DNA from: an uncultured Gammaproteobacteria bacterium
GTDB lineage: Bacteria > Patescibacteriota > Microgenomatia > Levybacterales > GWA1-39-11
Direction: 5' to 3'
Length of the DNA: 64,000 nucleotides
Assembly: GCA_964568885.1 (NCBI GenBank)
Contig: CAZMSF010000002.1
Coordinates: 4,367 to 68,366, forward strand
The position numbers and the translations under genes were made by a program. Shown here one piece after another: positions 29,184 to 36,688 of this stretch. Positions within the stretch are counted from its first letter, which is position 1. Each line of letters opens with the position of its first letter. Below the pieces are notes generated by a model. That model saw only the letters and a list, made by a program, of their open reading frames with translations. It was not told where the DNA came from and searched no databases.

Positions 29184-30806
29184 ATGAATAGTTCGACTTT
29201 CAATAGAAAGGTGAAAAAAATTTTAGTTTCAACTATTGCAACAGGTTTGGTTTTTGCTGCAACTGCGCTGCCTACATTTGCAGATACTGTTTCGCCCATA
29301 GATTTCGAGAGTCCTTATACAATTGGGAATATCAACGGACAGCAGGGGTGGATTAAAGCCGGAGCGTATGATGCGGCCGTAGCGGCAGTTTCTGGATTCT
29401 CAAATGCCTCAGGGTTTGGTTTTGGAACTCAGGCGTTAAGACTTTCAAACGCCGTTACTAGTGGCTCCTTCGGCGACCAGACGTTTTCCCCAGGACTATC
29501 AAGTCCTGCCGGTGAGGCGGTTTCGAATACTCATTTTGAGGCGAGTTTTGATATCGGATCCACACAATCTACTCAACAAGTAGGCCTATTTACATCGGTA
29601 AGCCCTGATGATGGCAATGGTGGTAGGATGAGTTACGTTGGATTTGAGGACCAAGCAGACGGAATTCATGTCATTTTTTATGATGTAACAGATCCGGGTC
29701 CGCTTCCTACAGTTGCAAGCTTTAATCCTTCTGACGTCGCGACTATAGATAGGACGAGTAAACATACAATAAAGTTTGCTATTGATTTTCTGTCGGGTCC
29801 TGCTAACGATATCGTCAAACTCTATGTTGATGGAGTTCTAAAGAAAACAGGAACGAGTTGGGAAGACTATTACCGATATGATCCCGAACAGAACGGAAAT
29901 GGACATGTAATTCCTACCACGAGTAAACTTTTGTTCCGTGAAGGAGGTACAGCTGCGCCTGGAAATAACGGCAATGGGTATTTAGTTGACAATGTTACTT
30001 TGTCCTCGACTGCACCTGTTCCGCCGTCGGTTCCGACTATTATTGTTCCTGCCGATGGAGCTCATGTTACATCGGCGGCTCTTGTAAAGGTTGATTGGAC
30101 GGATTCGACAGGTACAAATTCGCCATTTCAATACCAGTACGAAGCCTACTCAGATAGTGGGTATTCGAGTCTTATTTACTCTAGTGGATGGCTTAGTGCT
30201 TCCGAAATCCCAACACCGGGAACTCCGGTTGGAGATTACTGGGTAAGGGTCAGAGCAAAGGATGCAACCAGTACATTTAGTGGCTGGAGTAATGGAAGTG
30301 GTAGTCCATACCACTTTACCGTAGTCCCACTCGTCGGGCCGCCGACTTTGGTAAGCCAATGCAAAAATAATGGGTGGCAGACATTTAACAATCCATCATT
30401 TGCCAACCAAGGTGCATGCGTATCCTACGTGAGAGCACATTCCCACAGTGTTCTAGGCAACGTAAAGTATACGGCGTATGGCCTCTTGCGAAGTGCGCAA
30501 TTTGCGGCCGACACAGCCGATGGCGGAGGAGCCTTCCAATACTCCGATGCCAATCATGCTTGGTATAGGGTGCTTATCACCTCACTAAAGGTTGACGGGC
30601 ATAGCGCCTGGTTTGCCGGACGTGTCTGGCAAGCAAGCAATCCGTCTTGGGTTGGCAACTGGCTTTTTGCGAAGGTAAATGACAGTAGTCCTAAGCGTAT
30701 TTGGGGAAGTTTTACGACCCAATTAGCTGCTGAAAGTGGCGTATCCTCTATGGGAACGCCTGCTGATGGACCATTTAATACTATTGGTGCATTGGTTGTG
30801 CATTAG
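29184..30806 (+). CDS. Secreted multi-domain beta-rich protein
   Basis: SD GGGAGGAGGTGA then ATG at 29184; signal peptide; lectin-like and FN3-like segments; CKNNGWQTF...FANQGACVS motif. Confidence 0.88.
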   Translation: MNSSTFNRKVKKILVSTIATGLVFAATALPTFADTVSPIDFESPYTIGNINGQQGWIKAGAYDAAVAAVSGFSNASGFGFGTQALRLSNAVTSGSFGDQTFSPGLSSPAGEAVSNTHFEASFDIGSTQSTQQVGLFTSVSPDDGNGGRMSYVGFEDQADGIHVIFYDVTDPGPLPTVASFNPSDVATIDRTSKHTIKFAIDFLSGPANDIVKLYVDGVLKKTGTSWEDYYRYDPEQNGNGHVIPTTSKLLFREGGTAAPGNNGNGYLVDNVTLSSTAPVPPSVPTIIVPADGAHVTSAALVKVDWTDSTGTNSPFQYQYEAYSDSGYSSLIYSSGWLSASEIPTPGTPVGDYWVRVRAKDATSTFSGWSNGSGSPYHFTVVPLVGPPTLVSQCKNNGWQTFNNPSFANQGACVSYVRAHSHSVLGNVKYTAYGLLRSAQFAADTADGGGAFQYSDANHAWYRVLITSLKVDGHSAWFAGRVWQASNPSWVGNWLFAKVNDSSPKRIWGSFTTQLAAESGVSSMGTPADGPFNTIGALVVH

Positions 30807-30816
30807 CGTATTTTAC

Positions 30817-30850
30817 AAAAATGACCCACTCTTGCCCGTGGGTTATTTTT
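30817..30850 (+). terminator. Intrinsic terminator
   Basis: AAAAATGACCCAC/GTGGGTTATTTTT inverted repeat just after the stop. Confidence 0.65.
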
Positions 30851-30887
30851 GTTTGAATTGAAGCTATTTGAGGAGTAAAATTTACGC

Positions 30888-31451
30888 ATGAGTAATGAGC
30901 ATGACTTGCCTATGGGAGGAGACTGGATTCCCGATGTTCTTCCCGGTAGTCTTTGGGAAAAAGAGGATGAGTTGCATTTCGGGGATGCACGGCAAATGGC
31001 TATGCTTCGCATTGCCGAGGTTGAGGTTGGACTTACGTGGCAAGATTTGATGAGACGGTATTTATTTTTGGGACTCGGTATACATGCGGGAGGAGAAAAC
31101 GGAGAATTCCAATTCGTAAGAAGAGTAGGTGAAGATGAGAAGCCGTTATCTTTAGAGGAAGAAGTAAGTCTTGAAGGAACAGAATGGGACGAGAGAGCGA
31201 ACAGGTCGGATAATGAACAAGAAATTGTTTTTAATACGATAGGCAGAACTTCAAGTGCGCTTTCGGCCGTTGCTACATCTCACAACCAAACAGTAAGGCA
31301 GATGCTTGAAAGGATAACTTCGATTGGGCTTCGGATGAGTTACGAATTGCGTCATCATGAAGACAGCATAGCTTATTATTTAAAGACAAGTAATGGGGGG
31401 ACGGTACGCATAAATGAATTGAAGCTTGGTGGGTTGTCAGCTCGAGGTTAA
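30888..31451 (+). CDS. Hypothetical protein
   Basis: 187 aa ORF; TAAAAT 6 nt upstream. Confidence 0.65.
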   Translation: MSNEHDLPMGGDWIPDVLPGSLWEKEDELHFGDARQMAMLRIAEVEVGLTWQDLMRRYLFLGLGIHAGGENGEFQFVRRVGEDEKPLSLEEEVSLEGTEWDERANRSDNEQEIVFNTIGRTSSALSAVATSHNQTVRQMLERITSIGLRMSYELRHHEDSIAYYLKTSNGGTVRINELKLGGLSARG

Positions 31452-31496
31452 TATAGGCTTGACGTATACTAAAAAGAGTCTTAAAATTTCACACCT

Positions 31497-31871
31497 ATGG
31501 CAATTGAAGCAGAATATTATAGATGGGGAAGGCATATTTGTGAATGGGTATACCGTGGTGTTGAAGAGGATGCCGTGAATCAGTACTTCGCACCGGCAAC
31601 GCTTGAGATGACGACCGATGAAGATAGTGCCGGTCAACTGGCAAATATAATAGTGAAAAATGATAGACATGGTAGAATCCGGGCTACGTTATGGAGGGAA
31701 GGCATTGGGGAAGAGATGAGCACTGCTTTTCCTATCTTGCTTGTTCCCGGAGAGGTATTGAGTCTAAGTACGTATAACCGTCTCATGGATTTGAGTTTTG
31801 CAAATGAGCCAATCTTTCCGAGAATTGAGCAATCACATCAAGGAGTTTCACTGCATCAAATCCAAGATTAG
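31497..31871 (+). CDS. Hypothetical protein
   Basis: 124 aa ORF; TTGACG-17-TAAAAT upstream. Confidence 0.6.
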   Translation: MAIEAEYYRWGRHICEWVYRGVEEDAVNQYFAPATLEMTTDEDSAGQLANIIVKNDRHGRIRATLWREGIGEEMSTAFPILLVPGEVLSLSTYNRLMDLSFANEPIFPRIEQSHQGVSLHQIQD

Positions 31872-31922
31872 AGTTGACCAACCGAAGTTTTGTCTCCTGT
31901 ATCCCTCACCGGTTTCCGGATT
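31848..31922 (-). repeat. Orphan duplicate of the last ~25 codons of the GH63-like gene
   Basis: Translates NPETGEGYRRQNFGWSTLILDLMQ* versus gene end NPEDGTGYRRTNFGWSTLILDLLEQ*. Confidence 0.92.
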
Positions 31923-31942
31923 ATCGCTCAATCCAGAGACGA

Positions 31943-33205
31943 TTACTGTTCAAGTAAATCCAAAATTAAAGTGCTCCAGCCAAAGTTAGTTCTTCTGTAA
32001 CCCGTTCCATCTTCAGGATTGTAGTACTCGCGAAAACCGTGAGCCTCAATCATCTTTTCCATTTTTGAAATTACCTCTTTTGCAACGTCATTATATCCGT
32101 GTTTTTGCAGTCCTTTAACAACAAACCAATTCGTCGCAATCCATGTGGGCCCACGCCACAGTAGTTTTACTTGATGAAGTGGTGTATCGTGCGGCACATA
32201 ATATTTTTCGTCTTTTGAAACCGACGGGAAGGGGTAGGGTGTATAAAATTCATTCGTATTTAGCAGATGGTTTTCAACAAGTGCTTTTAGTTTTTCACCT
32301 TTTAGTCCGTCCAAGAAGAGTGGAATAAGTGAAGCGACTGTTTTGACCCGGGCGAACTTCTCGTCTTTTTTATAAAGCGAATAAAATATTTTGTCCGTCT
32401 CGTCCCAGCATTTTGAAAGCAGCGCTTGTTCACTTTTATCAGCAACCTGCTTAAAGAACACCGACTCATTTTTGTCTTCGATTTCTAAAAAGAGTCTTGA
32501 GAGACTTCTCGCGCTTTCTATAAAAACCGTATTGAAAAGTAATTCCTCAACATTAAAATAATCTTTTTCAAGAATTTTCTTGTTGTTAAAGCGGTACCGG
32601 TGGTTGAGAAAATCCCCTTTCCGGTACGTGTAATGCATACGGGTTGTTTCAAGCCCGGTGTATCCCGCAGCATATTGAAATACAGGAAGCTCGTCCATTC
32701 CCGACTCGTTGGGAGAAATTATTGAAATAAGATAATCATTGTCGATATCGCGGTTTTCTAGAAGCCATTTGTGATGCGAAGCAAGCTTCGGCAAGACCTC
32801 TCGAAGGAAATCTTTGTCGTTATCCTTTTTGTAAATATATTCAATGGAAATCGGAAATACAGGGGGTTGAGTGATTGAAGTTGTTCTGGGTCGAATGGAA
32901 AGGGCACTTTCGATATATGCCCAGTGGGGGAGTCTTTTTTTCTTTCCCCAAAAAATGATGTGTGGTAAAAATCCGTTATCCCACTGTCCGATAAGAAAAT
33001 TCCGTATTTCGTTTTTTGCCCACTCGGTATTGAAGTGAGAAAGAACGATTGCATGAAACCCGGTGTCCCACAGCCATTGATAAACATACTCTTTGTTAGC
33101 AGGGGCGATGAATTTATAGTTGGTCTTTTTCCATGAGGAGAATCCTTGAAAAGTATTCCCTTCAAAGATGTCTTTTGCACGCGAAATGATATCGGTTTTT
33201 TTCAT
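31943..33205 (-). CDS. GH63/MGH1-like (alpha/alpha)6 glycoside hydrolase
   Basis: YQWLWDTGFHAI, ESGMDE, WRGPTW, FREYYNP, FGWS. Confidence 0.92.
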   Translation of the reverse strand: MKKTDIISRAKDIFEGNTFQGFSSWKKTNYKFIAPANKEYVYQWLWDTGFHAIVLSHFNTEWAKNEIRNFLIGQWDNGFLPHIIFWGKKKRLPHWAYIESALSIRPRTTSITQPPVFPISIEYIYKKDNDKDFLREVLPKLASHHKWLLENRDIDNDYLISIISPNESGMDELPVFQYAAGYTGLETTRMHYTYRKGDFLNHRYRFNNKKILEKDYFNVEELLFNTVFIESARSLSRLFLEIEDKNESVFFKQVADKSEQALLSKCWDETDKIFYSLYKKDEKFARVKTVASLIPLFLDGLKGEKLKALVENHLLNTNEFYTPYPFPSVSKDEKYYVPHDTPLHQVKLLWRGPTWIATNWFVVKGLQKHGYNDVAKEVISKMEKMIEAHGFREYYNPEDGTGYRRTNFGWSTLILDLLEQ

Positions 33206-33231
33206 CGTAAATTAATAATAACACCCGAAAG

Positions 33232-33768
33232 CTATTCGTTGGGGTCTGGGGGGAGGAATTCTTCGCCGCCGTGGTCTTCATTCTTTACATATTCTCCCGG
33301 CTTGAGCCATTCAACATACGGGCAACCCGTAGCTTTTCTGGCTTTACTGTCCCAGCCTGCTGTTGAGCACTTCTTCATTTTCTTTCCTTTTGCGGTTGTG
33401 TAAAGCACAAGCTTGTTGCCACATGTTGGACATTCTTCGTCCAACTCCTCAGTTGTTCCATTTATCCATTCGACAAAATCGCATCCGTCTGCAGTTTTTG
33501 TATCGGGGTTCCAAACATTTGTTGAGCATTTTTTCATCTTCTTTCCAAAGCGGGTGTAAGCAATAACCAGGGGGGAGCCGCATTTGGGGCATTTTTCGTC
33601 AATTGTCTCAGGTGGGGTCTCAAGCCATTTTACGAAGTCACATCCGATGTTCTTTTTTGTTTCCTTATCCCAATGCCCTTGAGAGCACCGTTGTAAACGT
33701 CTCCCTGTTGGGGTTGTTGTGGGGGCCTCAAGTTCACCCCCGCATTTTGGACACCTTTCTTGTGACAT
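33232..33768 (-). CDS. Stand-alone topoisomerase-type C4 zinc-ribbon repeat protein
   Basis: Three CPxCG...CS...GCx(F/Y)VxW repeats. Confidence 0.9.
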   Translation of the reverse strand: MSQERCPKCGGELEAPTTTPTGRRLQRCSQGHWDKETKKNIGCDFVKWLETPPETIDEKCPKCGSPLVIAYTRFGKKMKKCSTNVWNPDTKTADGCDFVEWINGTTEELDEECPTCGNKLVLYTTAKGKKMKKCSTAGWDSKARKATGCPYVEWLKPGEYVKNEDHGGEEFLPPDPNE

Positions 33769-33808
33769 AAGAGTTTATGTTACGGAGTTTTGAAAAAGAA
33801 GTCAAGGT

Positions 33809-34426
33809 CTAGAATCCGAGAACTTCTTTTACGAGGATGACAGTGGTTCTTGCTGTGTCCTTTTCCGAGTTCATGATAAGTATTCTTCGTGGATTACTGC
33901 CGTGAGTTGTGTTGTATGCCTTATTAATCCTTTCCGATTCGCGAGGAAGAGAATAGGTATAAATCCTTTCAAAACCTTCGTTAATGTCTTTTACGATTTT
34001 GTGCGTTCCGGCAACAAATACAACATTAGTTGCCCCATACGCGTATCCTGGAATTTGGCTTCCGGAGCCGGAAGCCATCATAATTTTTCCGTCCTCGGTC
34101 ACCGCATGGAAGCTCCCGATTGCCCAGTCCGAAACGGAACGAATTTCCTTTATCTTCCATCCCTCATTTTCCCTATCCATTGTGAGGGTTTTTTTGTGCA
34201 CCGAATCATAGTTTCCTGAACTATCGATTATTTCCGTTACTCCGATTTGATCAAGAGTTGTAGAGGTGTTCTTCATGACATTTGCGCCTTGTGGAAGAAT
34301 TTTCAATAATGCTTCTTTTGCTTCTTGTCTATTGTTCACAACAATAACAAAAAAGCCGTTTTTTTCTAGTGACTCTTTTGTCCTTTCGATTGTTGCGTCG
34401 TTGGCAAGTTGACTAAAATCTTTCAT
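33809..34426 (-). CDS. LUD-domain (lactate utilisation/YkgG-like) protein
   Basis: Likely start MKDFSQ at 34426; STTLDQIG, HAVTEDG, VAGTHKIV. Confidence 0.88.
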   Translation of the reverse strand: MKDFSQLANDATIERTKESLEKNGFFVIVVNNRQEAKEALLKILPQGANVMKNTSTTLDQIGVTEIIDSSGNYDSVHKKTLTMDRENEGWKIKEIRSVSDWAIGSFHAVTEDGKIMMASGSGSQIPGYAYGATNVVFVAGTHKIVKDINEGFERIYTYSLPRESERINKAYNTTHGSNPRRILIMNSEKDTARTTVILVKEVLGF

Positions 34427-34462
34427 ACGGTATAATTTACAAAATAAGTGTCTCTTGGGCAA

Positions 34463-34503
34463 GTACCGACAAAAAAGTAGGGTACATACAAAAAGGATAC
34501 TAG
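34463..34503. promoter_or_regulatory. Candidate HxlR-family operator between divergent genes
   Basis: Imperfect palindrome GTACCGAC-AAAAAA-GTAGGGTAC plus an overlapping weaker copy. Confidence 0.35.
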
Positions 34504-34540
34504 ATAACTATTCAGCTAATATTAAGAATCGGTGTGTAAT

Positions 34541-34879
34541 ATGAAACAAGATATGCCAACAAAGCTTAATTTGGGATGTTCATCTGTCAAAACAACATTA
34601 GAGGTTATCGGGGGAAAATGGAAACCTCTTATCATGTTTTTGCTCGTTGAGCGCACAATGAGATTTTCGGAACTTCAAAAAAGTATCATGGGCATTACCC
34701 AGAAAATGCTGACCCAGCAATTAAGAGAGCTCGAAAGCGACGGATTGGTGTCCCGAAAAGTGTATCCACAAGTTCCCCCACGGGTTGAGTATTCGATAAC
34801 CTCTCATGGAAAAACACTTCTTCCGGTTTTAGACACTATGCATAAATGGGGAGAGAGCCACAAAAGAACAGCTATTTAA
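34541..34879 (+). CDS. HxlR-family winged-helix transcriptional regulator
   Basis: LEVIGGKWKPLI, RFSEL, ITQKMLTQQLRELE, VPPRVEYS. Confidence 0.97.
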   Translation: MKQDMPTKLNLGCSSVKTTLEVIGGKWKPLIMFLLVERTMRFSELQKSIMGITQKMLTQQLRELESDGLVSRKVYPQVPPRVEYSITSHGKTLLPVLDTMHKWGESHKRTAI

Positions 34880-34882
34880 CCA

Positions 34883-35044
34883 CTACTTCATCTTCACTTT
34901 GATTTGCTGAAAGGGAATTGTTATTTGCGGATTTTGGGGAATGTTATATCTGGCCGGTTTTGGGTGGTAGGTTATGAGTACCACATAAGAGATGAAAAGA
35001 ATAATCCCAATGCAAAAAATTAGCTGAATAAGCGAAAATTTCAT
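34883..35044 (-). CDS. Putative 53-aa single-TM microprotein
   Basis: MKFSLIQLIFCIGIILFISYVVLITYHPKPARYNIP...; TGATAAACT 6 nt before the ATG. Confidence 0.55.
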   Translation of the reverse strand: MKFSLIQLIFCIGIILFISYVVLITYHPKPARYNIPQNPQITIPFQQIKVKMK

Positions 35045-35107
35045 ACAGATAGTTTATCATGTTCTTTTATTCCAAGCATGGTTTTGAGAGTATTGTATAC
35101 TTAATAA

Positions 35108-36034
35108 ATGGAAGTGAAGGAGAAGAAAATATCGGCCAAAACGGTAATAGTCGCGTCATTTCTTGTGGACGTCCTTGACATCGTTCTCTCCGTTTTTGTA
35201 TCGGTTGTGACAGGGAGCGTTATCATGTTGACCGAAGCACTCGAAGGGGTATCCGACCTCACCTCTTCCGGGTTACTATTGATTGGACTTAAACGTTCTA
35301 CTCAAAAAGCTGACAGGTCACATCCATTTGGGTACGGAAGGGAAATTTATTTTTGGACTCTCTTGGCGGCGCTTGTAATGTTTGGGGTGACCTCAACGGT
35401 TTCAATTTATTTTGGCTGGCAGCGGATAGTGAATCCTCACCCCGTTGAAAACCTGTATCTTGCTCAAATAGTCCTTCTCATCGCGTTTTTTTCAAATGGG
35501 TACGCATTTTTCCTGAGTTACAAAAGGCTACTTAAGAAAAGGAGTTTTAATCAAATTGTAAAAATATTCTATAAGTCATCCCTTGTTGAGACAAAGACCA
35601 CCTTCATTCTGGATCTTATGGGAACGATAGCTTCATTTTTAGGTATGGTAGCTCTTGTGATTTACAGACTTACCGGGGATGTGCGCTTCGATGGAATAGG
35701 CGCTGTAGTTATTGGAGTTGCGCTTTCTTTTCTTGCGCTTCTATTGGTGATGGGAATTCGCGACCTGTTGGTTGGCAGAAGTGCTTCTCGAGAAACCGAG
35801 GAAAAAATAAAAAAGGCGGCACTTATGGTTGAGGAGGTAAATGATGTGCTCGATTTGAAAACGCTGCATGTCGGGTCCGAAAAATTGTTGGTCAATCTTG
35901 AGGTGCATATGAAAAACAATTTGGATACCGATGAAATAGAAAAATTGATGGATGAAATAAAGGAAAGAATACAACGCGAAGTACCCTCGGTAAAATATAT
36001 CCAGGTGGAGCTGGAAACCCCCGATAAGAAGTAG
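35108..36034 (+). CDS. Cation diffusion facilitator (CDF) family transporter
   Basis: TGS..MLTEA, HPFGYGRE, DGIGA, soluble C-terminal domain. Confidence 0.93.
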   Translation: MEVKEKKISAKTVIVASFLVDVLDIVLSVFVSVVTGSVIMLTEALEGVSDLTSSGLLLIGLKRSTQKADRSHPFGYGREIYFWTLLAALVMFGVTSTVSIYFGWQRIVNPHPVENLYLAQIVLLIAFFSNGYAFFLSYKRLLKKRSFNQIVKIFYKSSLVETKTTFILDLMGTIASFLGMVALVIYRLTGDVRFDGIGAVVIGVALSFLALLLVMGIRDLLVGRSASRETEEKIKKAALMVEEVNDVLDLKTLHVGSEKLLVNLEVHMKNNLDTDEIEKLMDEIKERIQREVPSVKYIQVELETPDKK

Positions 36035-36497
36035 CTCTTTGAGGCTAAATCCTGTATTTTTGTCAACGCTCCAACCCCTTCCAAAAGTTGCCTAGATGTG
36101 CTATACTACAAAGTTGTTTTTAAGCCCATAGTCTGAGCTTTTAAGTTCATACTGAATTTGTTTTGTTTGGCTTTTTGCCGAACATAATTTTGAAATACTC
36201 CCTCGCATGAGTATTTTTTTTGCGGCCAAAAAAACAGTTTTTGTGCTTTTTAAGCCTTGAAAAATTGCTATTCAAGTAGCTTTTGAAGCATGACGCACAT
36301 TGAAAATTGGTTTTCGTATAACATATTTTTTTCACCATTTGATTGTGGGATAATGGGAGGAAATTAAGTATAAAGGGATAAGTATAGAGTATAAAGAAAT
36401 TGCTTAATACTTCATTCATAATACTTTTTTCTTCCTGGTGTCCCACAATCAAGAGTAACTAAACTTTTGTCTTGATGTGGGAGAAAGGAGTCCGTCT

Positions 36498-36641
36498 ATG
36501 ACGGATAAAGACACGGGTCCTATCAGGCCCGCACACGGTGGCATCCCAAGGGAGGTCACAGTTGCTGATGTTGAGGCCGCGAAGGCTGCCCGCATGAAAA
36601 CGGCAACCGTCAAGGTTCAACCGCCCGTCAAGCCGGCGTAA
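36498..36641 (+). CDS. Putative 47-aa protein upstream of ppsA
   Basis: SD GAAAGGAG; MTDKDTGPIRPAHGGIPREVTVADVEAAKAARMK...KPA*. Confidence 0.5.
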   Translation: MTDKDTGPIRPAHGGIPREVTVADVEAAKAARMKTATVKVQPPVKPA

Positions 36642-36688
36642 GCCGTCGACAACCCAACCCCGCAAACAAGACACATGAGGTACAAGCA

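Noticed and set aside
36035-36470. ORF 36147-36452 in the AT-rich gap
   Set aside because: No protein-like signature; more likely the promoter region for the ppsA island.
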